A stretch of 64,000 bases of DNA from Mobula hypostoma (lineage: Eukaryota): the NCBI RefSeq assembly GCF_963921235.1, contig NC_086101.1, forward strand, positions 12,154,001 through 12,218,000. The letters are read 5' to 3'. Every line of letters begins with the position of its first letter. Within the stretch, counting starts at the first letter, position 1. Positions 51,201 to 63,725 of this stretch are shown piece after piece. A model generated the notes under the pieces. The model saw only the letters and a program-made list of their open reading frames with translations. It was not told the DNA's origin and did no database searches. Position numbers and translations under genes: made by a program.

Positions 51201-52919
51201 GGTTAACCCTAAAGGTGGTGGTCTTGTATTCCTTGGTAATCTTTTAAAGCTAATTGGATAAACCCCTTCCCTACCCACCCACCTTTCCCCCTCACTTGTC
51301 AACCAGCTTGCACTCCTCCTCCCTTCCCCTCCGCCCCCCCCACTTATTCTGACTGCAGCCCCCTTCCTCTCTAATCCTAATTAAGGTCCTCAGCCTGAAA
51401 TGTTGACTGTTTATTCCCCTCCATATATGCTTGCCTGACTTGCTGAGTTCCTTCAGCACTTTGTGTCTTGCCATTGGATATTTATCTAATGTGGATTAGG
51501 GAAATGCAAAGCTGCAAGGATAGACCAGAGCAGTCAATCTAATTGGAAGCTCTACCGATGAGCTGGCGGATAAATCAGGATAAATTGCGACCACCTATTT
51601 TATAATGGCTATCTTCCGTTTTTAAGCTAACAGTGTTTAAATATCACTTTCTTGTTTTATATTCCTTGTCCAAGTCTGAAGCACTTAATAATGGAGCTTG
51701 TTAAATTATTTATTTTAATGAAACTTAGCAGAATGTTACCACATTCATTGATTTGATTTTGTTTCTTCTTTTCTATACTGATGTCAATCCCTGATTTTTC
51801 AATTGGGTATTAAATACTTTGGATTGGGGAATTACATCACAACAAACTGGCAAGCAGGCTAATGAGAATTCACATTAGATTATAAATTGCATCGATGCAA
51901 ATTTTCCTTCATCCACCAATATTTTTCAAAAAAAGAGGCAACTGTACAGAATCTTAAGAATGCATTAATACTTTTCTGTCTTTTGTTAGCAGAGAGATTA
52001 CAGAGTGGGTAGGCAGCTGACTTCCTTGAGGTAGATGAGCTCAATCTACCTTGTTGCCCTTTTTGTCCTCCTTGTTGTGGCATGGTTGATTTCTCATTGC
52101 TGTCCTGCTTCTGTATGGTGCTGCTTTGAGTTTATTTGCAATCAGGAAGCCAACTGAAGGAAAGACTTTATGAACTAAATGTTGAATTTGTCTGTGCTTT
52201 TTAAAAAAGGATCGTGGATCAGTGTTGAATCCACAGGTTCTTAAACTTTGATTTTAAACTCTGGTGGTAGTGAATCAAATATGAGACATATGAACACTAC
52301 AGTCTGCTGTTTGTGTGTTTTGCACATTCATCTGTCAGCATTCAGCTGATGAGTTTGCTTTCATTACAAATAACTTAATAAAATAATTAATGAGGGCACA
52401 GGGGACACAATTCATCTGTTTTTCATTGTTATAAAAAAGTACTGCAGTAAGGTCCAGATGCAATACTTCATTGGAACATGACATGATTAATCTGATCAGG
52501 ATTACATTGGGTATAAAGTTAGCCAACTGTGTGCAGATCACTTCCACTTGTGAAAGTGAAATTCCAATATAAGCACTTTGCCCACAACTTTGATTGGACT
52601 CTTCATCTGTACTTTTATGGCTACTCTAGCTGGGATGGTGATAAGGAGGCACAACTCTGGCTATGATAGCCTTTATTGAGGTTCTTGCTGCTGACTTCTG
52701 TTGCCATAAAAGTCAAGTGGAATGGCAATCTACCCTGACTGATCAACCACCTTGGCCAGTGTAGCTAACAGGCAAAGGGTGTTAATCTATTGGCACAGTT
52801 TTCCACCACACAATCCAAGTGGGGAATGGTTAAATCCTGGATCCTGCCATTTTTCTGCTGAAGCAGAATAGTGATTATGATCAAAGCCTGGCAGCAGGAC
52901 CCAGTAGCTCATTAAAAAT

Positions 52920-53105
52920 AAGATTCTGCTGGTGTTGAAAATCCAAGGCAATATGCACAAAATGCTAGACAAACTCAGCAGGTCAGGCAGCATCTGTGGA
53001 AATGACTAAACAGTCAAACATTTCGAGCCAAGACCCTTTGTCGACTTTTATCCGTTTGCATAGATGTTGTCTGATCTCCTGAGCTTCTCCAGGATTTTGT
53101 GTGCA
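52920..53105. mobile_element. Degenerate short palindromic Penelope-tail element
   Basis: Minus tail (cacaaaatgctagacaaactcagcaggtcaggcagcatct) followed by plus tail (agatgttgtctgatctcctgagcttctccaggattttgtgtg). Confidence 0.6.
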
Positions 53106-54616
53106 TTAAGCAGCACCCAGTAGACAAGAGTACCCAATAAGAGCTGTATATTTAAAGAGGTCCCAAGTTTAGACTATGTATGTGTGATTTGGATTGATGC
53201 AAGCCCTGTACAGTGTCATGAGCAGCAATTACAATACCAGATCAGCTTTATGCAAATCTTAATGCTACGGTCATGTCAACCCATTTGAGCTCGAATCTGT
53301 TAGTGTGAGCCTTGCTTATATTATGTTTTTCTATTTGATCTGTTTAAGAGGGAACAATGGTATGTATGTTGGGTGGTTTTGTTTGTACAATTATGTCTGT
53401 GCACAGTCAGGATATAACCAAAAAAAAATTCAGCTACATATCAAATAATCAGCATAAAGCATATTTTATTAGACATGCATTCTGTAACTTGCACTGGATT
53501 TGTACTGTCCAAATTGATTTGGTTATGGACTTTTTGCATTTAAGAAACAATTTATTACAACTGCCTTACTGCTTGTTTCTCTAATTGTAGGAAAAATCAT
53601 CTTGCCAATATCACTGCCAGTATTGAATAAATTAAATTGCGAAGAGCTTTGTCTTTATGTTGTGTATGACACATCTGAAGAAGTACTGATGGTCATGTAC
53701 GTAAACAGATTTCTTTTCCTGCCCCACAAAGGTGCAAGGCTGCAATCTAGTGAGTTATCTTGCCTTGCAGATTGGCTTCAATGCCCCTTTGGCTGGAAAG
53801 AGGCGATGTATAGTTCTGACCCCTGCTGAAAAGGCATAAGTGTGGCCTGTGCAGAATCTTGTCTTTGTCTCCATGTCAATCGAAGACTAAGCAACTGTTG
53901 TCACTTTGTCTGTATTTGCATGTTCAGAGAAGGACATGTCTCACTGTCCAAATGCCAAGAAATTTGTACTTTATGCAGAGAAAAATAAATGGTGGCTGAT
54001 ATCAAGCTGTCAATAAGTCACATGCATTGAGTACAAAGCATATTTGGAAAATGGTGAACTTTTGTTTTGCATAATTACAATTTTTTAAAATGTGGGTATT
54101 CTGACCAAGGCTGCTCGAAACCAAACAGTTTTTGCCCTCAGAGGCAATGAGTTACTTTCCTGAACTGTGTAGTTTCTATGATGAAGGTATACTAACAATG
54201 CTGATAGGTTTGGGAATTCCAAAATTGGAGATTTAAAACCTGGAAACAAACTTGCAGTGTATTTTCTAGATGATCAGTGAATAGCACAGTTTTAGATATA
54301 ATCAAACATACTGAATGGTCTAGCATGTATTCATTCCTTTTCGATTGGCCCATAAGAGTAGTTCCCTCAGTCTGTATCCGCTTGCCCATATATACTACTC
54401 ATGCGGTTGTTAAAAGCATAAGTCAGTCAGTATGTTGGTTCATTAAATCAATCTTCAGTCCTGTTCTGCAGTTTTCCATGCAGCAGATATTATCCTTGCA
54501 TGCTATTGATTTAACCATACTTTTGAAATTGATTCCACATTCAAGTTCCATGACACCAAGTTTGTTTTTAGCCTTCACTTTTTTTTTGCACGCTAATCAA
54601 TAAACCATCTAACAGG

Positions 54617-56219
54617 CAAACACGACGAAATCTGCAGATGCTGGAAATTCAAGCAACACACACAAAATGCTGGTGGAACGCAGCAGGCCAGGCAGCATCT
54701 CTAGGAAGAGGTACAGTCGACGTTTTGGGCCGAGACCCTTCGTCAGGACTAACTGAAAGTAGAGATGGTAAGAGATTTGAAAGTGGGAGGGGGAGGGATG
54801 GAGCTAAGAGCTGGATAGTTGATTGGCAAAAGGGATACGAGGCTGGAGAAGGGACAGGATCATGGGACGGGAGGCCTAGGGAAAAAGAAAGGGGGAGGGG
54901 AGCACCAAAGGAAGATATTGTGAGAGGGACAGAGGGAGGAAAAAAAAGAGGGGAAAAAATAATAAATAACTAAATAAGGGATGGGGTAAGAAGGGGAGGA
55001 GGGACATTAACGGAAATTTGATAAGTCAATGTTCATGCCATCAGGTTGGAGGCTCCCCAGATGGAATATAAGGTGTTCCTCCAACCAGAGTGTGGCTTCA
55101 TCTTGACAGTAGAGGAGGCCGTGTATAGACATATCAGAATGGGAATGGGACGTAGAATTAAAATGTGTGGCCACTAGGAGATCCTGGTTACTCTGGCGGA
55201 CAGAACGTAGATGTTCAGCGAAAATAGTCTTCCAGTCTGTGTTGAGTCTCGCCAATATATAGAAGGGAGCACCGGGCGCAGTATATCATCCCAGCCGACT
55301 CACAGGTGAAGTGTCACCTCACCTGGAAGGACTGTCTGGGGCCCTGAATGGTGGTGAGGGAAGAAGAGTAAGGGCATTTGTAGCACAGTCCTTCCAGGTG
55401 AGGCGACACTTACTTATCTTTGTAAGTGGAACAAGTGCTACACATGCCCTTCCTTACACGTCCTCCCTCACCACCATTCAGGTCCCCAAACAGTCCTTCC
55501 AGGTGAGGTGACACTTCACCTGTAAGTCGGCTGGGGTGATATACTGCGTCCGGTGCTCCCGATGTGGCCTTCTATATATTGGCGAGACCCGACGCAGACT
55601 GGGAGACCGTTTCGCTGAACACCTACGCTCTGTTTGCCAGAGTAACCAGGATCTTCCAGTGGCCACACATTTTCATTCCATGCCCCATTCCCATTCTGAT
55701 ATGTCCATCCATGGCCTCCTACTGTCAAGATGAAGCAACGCTCAGGTTGGAGGAACAACACCTTGGATTCCGTCTGGGTAGCCTCCAACCTGATGGCATG
55801 AACATTGACTTCTTTAACTTCTGCTAATGCCTCTCCTCCCCTTTGTACCCCATCCCTTATTTAGTTTTTTTTCCCCCCTTTCTTTCTCTCCTTTTTTCCC
55901 TCTGTCCCTCTCACAATATCTTCCTCTGGTGCTCCCCTCTCCCTTTCTTTCTCCCTAGGCCTCCTGTCCCATGATCCTCTCCCTTCTCCAGCCTTGTATC
56001 CCGTTTTCCAATCACCTGTCCAGCTCTTGGCTCCATCCCCCTTCCTCCCGTCTTCTCCTATCATTTTGGATCTCCCCCTCCCCCTCCCACTTTCAAATCT
56101 CTTACTATCTCTTCTTTCAGTTAGTCCTGACGAAGGGTCTCAGCCTGAAACGTCAACTGTACCTCTTCCTAGAGATGCTGCCTGGCCTGCTGCGTTCACC
56201 AGCATTTTGTCTGTGTTGC
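54617..56219. mobile_element. Back-to-back inverted Penelope pair, each arm GIY-YIG plus 3' UTR plus hammerhead, with target-site duplication
   Basis: Minus arm about 54617-55382, plus arm about 55383-56219; flanks aaccatctaacagg (54603-54616) and aaccatctagcagg (56220-56233); hammerheads at 54715-54750 (GAAA mutated to AAAA) and 56123-56158. Confidence 0.88.
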
Positions 56220-57659
56220 AACCATCTAGCAGGAGTAGCTTATTATACGCAAACTTGTCTATGATCCTGTACACCTTGAGTTATGCTACTCAGCAGACTG
56301 CCAAATTTATCAGTTAGTGTTAAGCAGTAGGCCTTTATAAGGGCTTGAATACATGAGATGTTAGCAAAAACTCAAATTTAGAAGATAGATTTTGTTCTAA
56401 ATTATAGTTCCACAGCTATAAAGCACATGTGCAGTGTCAAGTATGAAGATTAAACTACTCACCTGCAATAACAATTTGCTAAAATACCAGAATGCAGGTT
56501 AGCCTCATTTTAACAGAGGTGTTGCAAAAGCTCTTAAAACTGACAAGCTAGGAGCATATTTATTTGAATGAACATTTTTAAAAGCAAAGAGCATGTCCTA
56601 GCACTAATTCCACCCTACAAAAAATAATTCTTGGATGTAAACTATTTCTGTCAGCAAATGGCAGTCACCTTTTGCCTTCTCCAGAATTTAATGAGAACAG
56701 TCCAGGGTTAGTCATTAAACTGTGAAAATTTCATAACTGGGCTTTGGGTTAATGTCTTGACATTACAGAACAGTTGATCCACCTGCAAAATCATCCTTGA
56801 ACTGTGCCTAAAGGATTATACGTGGAGCAAATACAAAGGACTGGATGTCAGTTTCCAAATTGTCCAGCCCATTCCCTCTAACAAACTTCAACCTGTGCCC
56901 AAAAGTATTGCTACTTTCAGATACCATTATGATACTTCAAGCTAGACACAACCCTACCTTCTACAAAACAATTAAAATCTGGGTGACAATTTCCTTCCAT
57001 GTGTCTGATATTCTTCCACACCACCATCACCCACAAATCATTTCTCTTCAGCAGTGTAAGTCTCACCAGCGTTAAAGCATGTCCCAGTACAATTTCCAAA
57101 TAGCCATTTGCTATGTTGATAACAGGGAATTTATTACCAAAGCAGAGAGTGATAGGTTCTTGGTTAGTTAGGGCATCAAATGTTAATGGGAGAAGGTAGG
57201 AGAGTGGGGTTGAGAGGGATAATAATTCATCCATGATGAAATGGCAGAGTAGACTGGCTGGGCTAAATGCCTAATTCGGTTGATATGTCTCATGCTCTTG
57301 TATATTTAAAGAAGTTGATAGGTTTTTGATTAGTAAGGGTGTCAAAAGGAGAAGGTAGAATTGGGTTGGGAGGAATAACAAATCAGTCATGATGAAACGG
57401 TGGAGCAGAATTCTGCTCCTAGTATATGTCTTATGGTCTGATGCACCATTCTTTCAAGTACCGGTGGGCTACTTGACAACAGGGAATGATTTTATATCCT
57501 TTATTATTTTGTCACATGCACATCCCAAAAGCAGCCACATGCGACCTACTAAATGTAACATGCAGATTTTGCACAGAAGTATTCTACAAACAGCAATGAA
57601 GCTTTTATTGTTGCTTGTACTAAGAAATATATAAAAATCCAATTGATTTTATAAGGGAC

Positions 57660-58030
57660 AGCGGGCTCCAGCAGCATCATTTGCAAGTCCTCTCTGAGGA
57701 TCATGGTGGAGAGGCTTGTGAGTTCCTGAGATTGATGCCATCTGAAGCTTGGCTCCTGGTAAGGACGCCCATGGTGGTAAGATCAAGGGGAGAGGTTCCA
57801 CACCAAGACCTCAGCGGTGGAGCAGGCAGAGGATAATCTCATCACAATGACAGGAAGGCTGCAGCATTGCATCCCCATTCGTATTGCAATCCATGCCACC
57901 TTGACCTTGATCCCCAACCTGTCACGGGCCATGTGGTGGCTGACCTTGCATCAAATTCCCTGTGTTAAAGTCAAGCACAGGCATTCTCCATTGAAGGAAT
58001 AACAGCTTGGGAGAACGTCATAGTCGAGTG
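57660..58030 (+). mobile_element. Probable RTE 5' UTR-derived non-autonomous element
   Basis: gcttggctcctggtaaggacgcccatggtggtaagatcaaggggagaggttcca resembles fish RTE 5' regions (from memory). Confidence 0.35.
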
Positions 58031-59371
58031 ATTGCACATCATTCCTAAGCAGCAAGGCCGAGAGTAATCGCTGCTGCCACATTCTTCTTAATTGGTTTGA
58101 AGTGGAGGGTTTCTAGCTGTTCAGCAGCAGAGCCAAGTAAATTAAGCATGGACATTTAGCAAGAACAAAGGATGAGTCACAAATACTGCAGCACCAGAGG
58201 GTTATAAATTGGTCTCCATCAATACAGTGGGTCTGGTCTTTCATCTAATTCCACTGACTACAGTTCAGTGTATAACACCTAGTTAATGATGTACTGTGCC
58301 ATTCATTTCTTTACATTGCAAGATCAATTTTTCATAAGAATGGATTCAGCTTTTGAAGAAGCTTTTTAAATATATTTGTTTTAAAAACAATACCTGAAGA
58401 GCAATAGTACACAAACATTTCACAAAACATTCTCGAGTTATCAAGCTGCATCATCACACGCTCTTCCCCTACCCTTTCTATGGATTATCACAAGGGCAGG
58501 CAACTGTCTTTTAGATGCGTAGTGGCAATATTTCTGATTCCAACTGTAGAAAAAAAAACTTTACTATGAACCTACAAAGTTTGAGGGAGATTTTGAGGCA
58601 AAGAAATAACAAAACATGGGGTATCTGACATTCCAAATATCCGTTGAAAAAAATACATTAAAAATTATGGAAATCAATAAAAGCTAATTTAAAGTGGAAA
58701 GAGATCAATGGCTCAGCTTGGTATCAATAAAACAACAATCTGGATATTAAAAAAGTATCAAAAAACTACAGATACTATACTAGTCAGAACTAAAACTGCT
58801 GATGGACTCAGCAGGTCAGACAAGAGCTGTGGGAAGAGAAACAAAGTTAATGTTTCAGGTGGATGTCTCCTTCAGAACACTTGTTGCCAGCACTGTGTCA
58901 TATTTAAGTGACGGTTCTTAAAGGAGGATGCAGGCTAGGAAGAGCTGACTCCACAAGAGGCTCGAAAAGTTTCCAAGCAACACACATAAAATGCTGGAGG
59001 AACTCAGCACTTTCCAAATTAGTCTGTATGAAGGCAGCCAATGAAAATATGTGAATGGAGCTCTGATCAAAGGGTTAACAACCCAAAATATTAACTCCAT
59101 TTCTCTTTCTGTAGGTGCTGCCTGACCCCTCTGCCAAGTGTTTCTAGTGTTTCTGGGGGGGGGGTAGGGTCATCATTACTAGCCAATCACAACTTCCCCT
59201 TGTTTAAAATTATAAAAAAAGGTACTGGAAAGTACAAAGTTCACATCAATGCCAAACCATGCACTGTCTTCAAATTGGTTGTCCTCACACCATCCATCGA
59301 GATTGGACTCTGGGCACGGATATCCATTGCTGCCAATCTGGGCCGCTTGGTTTCCTGGTGTTCACTGGTCC

Positions 59372-59626
59372 CTAACTCGAGTGCATTGTCCTAGGCCCTG
59401 GAGGGCCCTGTGCCGACACACTGCTGTGGTATGAATCCCCCTGGTGGAGCTGGGGTACGTAGATGGTGGCGGCAGAGACGGCTGCCCCGTTGTAGCCCTG
59501 TGCACCGAACCCACCTGACGGGAATGTGGACACTCCATACTCGGGTAACCCCTCAAACTCTTCCCCAAACTGGAATGCAGCCCGCTTCCCCTTCTGGCGG
59601 CGATTGCAGAACCAGACTCGGACGAC
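59372..59626 (-). CDS. POU5F1: Class V POU gene last coding exon (homeodomain helix 3 and C-terminal domain)
   Basis: Acceptor cctctcctcggcag|GTC; VVRVWFCNRRQKGKRAAFQFGEEFEGLPEYG...GPRTMHSS*; TAG at 59374-59372. Not in the ORF track. F1 rather than F3 is assigned by synteny. Confidence 0.9.
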   Translation of the reverse strand, partial: VVRVWFCNRRQKGKRAAFQFGEEFEGLPEYGVSTFPSGGFGAQGYNGAAVSAATIYVPQLHQGDSYHSSVSAQGPPGPRTMHSS

Positions 59627-60269
59627 CTGCCGAGGAGAGGCACAGACAGAGTTAATGTGCTAGACGCTTGGCTGGAAGAGCCAGGGAATCCTTGACGATT
59701 GCACTTTGATTGAACAAAGTCAATGGTTAGAAAGTTTATGATACCAACCCTCAAAACACAAGCTCTAGGGTCAGGGTCAGGGTCAGATATGGAACCTGCC
59801 CATCAGCCAGGAGGTAGAAACACACCAACTGCTTCCCATCGGCCCACGATGTGCCAACCTTTTAACCATTCCCTCTCACGTAGCCATCCATCTGTCTCCA
59901 TGCGGCTATCTAAGAGTATCTTAAATGTCCTCAATATATATATCTGCCTCTACTGTAGTAGCACATTATATGCACCCAGCACTCTGTGTAAAAAAAAGCT
60001 TGCCTCTGACATCCCACCTAATTCCTCCGATCACCTTACAATCATGCTCCTTTGTATTAGTCATTTCCACCCTGGGAAAATTGCACTGGCTATTCACTAC
60101 ACCAATGCCTATTATTATTTGATTCCCACATCTGTGAAGCAATCTTAAAGGTTTTGTGTACTCATCTGTCTGAAAACTCAAATTTAATTAAGCAAATATA
60201 GCACACAAAACAGCCATTTAACCCATCTGCCAAAAGCAGAACATCCCAGTGGCTAAACATTTTAGTTTT

Positions 60270-60810
60270 GATTCCTATTCCCGTTCCGACATGTCAGTCC
60301 ATGACTTCCTCTTTTGCCACAATGAGTCTACCCACAGGGTGGAGGAGCAACACCTTATATTCCGTCTGGGTAGTCACCAATCTGATTACATGAATATTGA
60401 TTTTTTCTTCCTGTAAAAATACATTCCCTCCCCCTCCCTTCTTCTTCTGTTCCCAATCTGGCCTCTTACCTCTTCTCAATTGCCTCTCATTTGCCTCTTC
60501 TCAATTGCCCTGGGTCCCCTCCTCCTTCCCTTTCTCCTATGGTCCTCTCTCCTCTCCCACCAGATTCCTTCTTCTCCAGCCTTTTACCTTTCCTACCCAC
60601 CTGGCTTCACCCATCACCTTCTAGCCATCCTCCTTCCCCTCGCCCACCTTTTTTATTCTGGTGTCTTCCCCCTTCCTTTCCAGTTCTGAAGAAGGGTCCC
60701 GGCCCGAAATTGGTTTATTCGTTTCTGCAGGTGTTGCCCAATCTGCTGAGGTCCTCCTGCATTTTGTGTGTGTTGCTTTGGATTTCCAGCATCTGCAGAA
60801 TTTCTCAAGC
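60270..60810 (+). mobile_element. Old Penelope-like 3' fragment in the POU5F1 last intron
   Basis: EEQHLIFRLGS-type coding remnant, pyrimidine-rich UTR, degenerate ctgaagaagggtcccggcccgaaa. Confidence 0.75.
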
Positions 60811-61034
60811 TTATGATTTGACCCATCATGTGTTCACCAGCTCCTTACCTAAGCAACTCATCCCACCTACTAGAGAGCCTTTCCAAATTGTTCTCTGCTC
60901 TTTTCATTCCCCTTTTGGAATCCATATTGGAACTCACCTCCAACACACCTGAGAATAATTCTAGACTCCAACCATGTTACATCAAAATGTTTCTCCCACA
61001 CATCACTTGCATTTCCCCACAGGTCAAATTATAG

Positions 61035-61440
61035 CGTGAGCTGCTTTGGGGTCTTCATCTAAGAAAGGATGTGCTGTCATTGGAGAGGGTCCAGAGGAGG
61101 TTTACGAGAATGGTCCCAGGAAAGAAAGAATGTATGAGAAGCATTTGGTGGATCTGGGCATCTTCTCACTGGAGCTTAGAAGAATTGAGAGGGAATCTCG
61201 TAGAAACCGACTGAATATTGAGAAGTCTAGATGGAATGGATGGGGAGAGCATGTTTCCAATAATGGGAGAGTCTAGGACCAAAGGGCACAGCCTCAGAAC
61301 ACAATGATTTCTAGAATCAAAAATGCTGAGTCTGTGGGATTCATTCGCATAGACAGTTATGGAGGCATTGGGTAAATTTAAAGCTGAGGTTGATAAGTTC
61401 TTGATTAGTAAGGGTGTCAAAGGTTATGGGGTTGAGCGTG
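61035..61440 (+). mobile_element. Decayed CR1 3' fragment, resuming at about 61725-61790
   Basis: LERVQRRFTRM-type remnant; FKAEVDKFLISKGVKGYG. Confidence 0.7.
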
Positions 61441-62049
61441 ATCATGAATCCGCCACTGACTTCACTCACCCCAACTCTGAACTGATTCCAAAATCTATGG
61501 AATCACTTTCAACATCTCTACAACTCATGTTCTCAATATTATTTATTAATTTATTTTTTATTTGCACAGTTTGTCTTCTTTTGCACATTGGTTGTTTGTC
61601 ACACTGTGTGTAGTTTTTCACTGATTCTATTTCTCTGTTCTACTGTGAATGCCTGCAAGAAAATAAATCCCAGGGTAGTATATGGTGAGGTATAAGTACT
61701 TCGATATAAATTTACTTTGAACTTTGATAATTAAATGGGCTGAGTCGATGGGCTGAATGGCCCATTTCTGCTCCTAGGTCTTATGGATTTATGGTCTAAT
61801 TCTTTTTCCTTTCAATTTATGCCCATGAGCTCCAGTCTTCGATCCGTCTATCAAAGGAAAACAGCCACCTATGTTTCACTCTGTTCAGATCTATCATTTT
61901 CCATCCCCTGTCTCTCTCCCCCAAAGAATGCTCTCTGATCTGTGAGGTTGTAGTCCCCATCCCAGGAAAAATTATCAAAACTTTCCAGGGGCTTCTCCAA
62001 CTTCATTTCCCTTTTCCTTACAGAGCTTCAATTTCAACCCACAACTTAC

Positions 62050-62214
62050 ATCCTTTTCCAGGTTGAGGTCATCAGCAATCTTCGAGATCTCTTGAGTGGT
62101 TGGCTTCGGGCACATGACGAAGAAATTCTCCAGCGCCTCCTTCACGTTGTTATCGATGCTGGTTCGCCGTTTCCGCTTGCGTGACGGAGTCAATGTTTGC
62201 TCGATGCTGCATAG
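62050..62214 (-). CDS. POU5F1: Class V POU gene penultimate coding exon (linker and homeodomain helices 1-2), phase 0 to 0
   Basis: Acceptor tttaaaccag|CTA, donor AAGGAT|gtaagt; LCSIEQTLTPSRKRKRRTSIDNNVKEALENFFVMCPKPTTQEISKIADDLNLEKD. Same EKD|VVRVWF intron position as human OCT4. Confidence 0.92.
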
Positions 62215-63725
62215 CTGGTTTAAATATTGACTTAATGGTGACAGCGGTTCATGTACAATGCTTCCCTCCCACAACCAAAAAATAATTGACCCGCTACCTC
62301 TACTTGACAGTCTTTCACAGGTGAACCATATCTGACTACAGCGGGCCCCTCCCTTCTCTGTTCTGCAAGAATGTAAACCATGGGTGAAGTTGCACAAAAT
62401 GTTCTTTTTGGTCCCAATGTTTCTGCTGTAGCTACACATAAGGCATTGGGGTAGGGGTGACTTACTATACGTCAGGATTAGTGTAGGCATTGGATAATTT
62501 GTGAACGTGGGTTGGTAGTAAGTTTGCAGCTGACACAAAGTTTGGCGATGTTGTGCATTGTGTGGAAGGTTGTTGGTTACAATGGGACAATGCATTAGGG
62601 TTACGGTTCGCCCACCCTAATGCGTGGGTTAAATTTGAAGGCTGAATACAGGGATAATGACAGGATTCTCAGCAATGTGAAGGAACCTCCACAGATCCCT
62701 CAAAGTTTGCACAAGATTAATGTTCAAAGTACATTTATTATCAAAGTATGCATATGTTGATAATATGTTGAGATTTGTCTCCTAATAGGCAGTCACAAAA
62801 CAAAGAAAACCAAAAGAAACCATTTAAAAAAAAGACTGTCGCACACCTAATGTGCAGAGAGAAAAGAAACACGTCATGCAGACAATAATCGTAAGCAAGT
62901 AGCATTCTGAACTGGTGTCCACAAAGAGAGTCCCATAGTTCAGCACAATTTAGCACAGAGCCCAGTTGTGGAGCTGTGATCTGAACCGGCCCATCCCTCC
63001 CCTTGGGCCCCGACACCCGGACATTTTCAATCTGGCCCGACACCTAAATCGATGTACAAACATCGGGTTCAGTCGCTTCGATACGTGCTGGGGCCTGGAG
63101 CTCACTGCTTCACTTCAGCCTTTCTGAATCAGCCCTGCGCTTAAGTCTCTGTCCAGATATCGGGTTCAATCGCCACAATACGCTCTGGTGCCCCGGCCTC
63201 GCCACCTCGATTTGGCCTTAAAACGATCAAAGCTCAGCTCATCCTTGCTCTCGGCAATGGGCCCATAGCCTTGCCTAGCCTCAGTCCTGCCACATCGATT
63301 TGACTCCAAGTTCAAAGGGAAGTTACAGACTAGTGCTGGCAATGATCATGTGTCAGGAGAAGTGTGGTGAACAAAGTATTTAGCTGTTTTCCTTGTTTCA
63401 TTAGCCACCAGACGGAAGCCGCTGCCATTGTAAACTGGAAGCTGATGGGGTTTAAGCGGGGGTATGGTTTTGCCTCTCACGAGTCAGGGGATTGAGTTAA
63501 CGAGCTGTGAGGTAATGTTGTTGCAGCTCTGTAAACATAACTTTGCTGGATCAAAAAACGACAGCACAAAAAGATCGTTACTTATCTTTTCACCCGTTTA
63601 TTTCTTCGAGCTCAGCCGGCGAGTGAACTTGGACCCGACATCCGGGACAGAACCTTTCTCATTTCCCCGGCGGTTCTACAAGTTCACTGCCCGATGTCAG
63701 AATTGTCAGAAGTTATAAGGCCACC

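Noticed and set aside
51193..51212. AGGGTTAGGGTTAACCCTAA as a head-to-head telomere fusion relic
   Set aside because: Only about three units; too short to separate from chance or a tiny repair insertion.
53250..53921. Octamer motifs (ATGCAAAT at 53250; CTTTGTCtgtATTTGCAT near 53904) as an Oct-Sox enhancer
   Set aside because: A few octamers are expected by chance in 64 kb, and the Sox-adjacent one is in the non-canonical orientation.
62215..62595. N-terminal part of the 206 aa ORF 61975-62595 as POU5 coding sequence
   Set aside because: Intronic sequence upstream of the acceptor at 62215; the POU-specific domain exons are not visible in the window.
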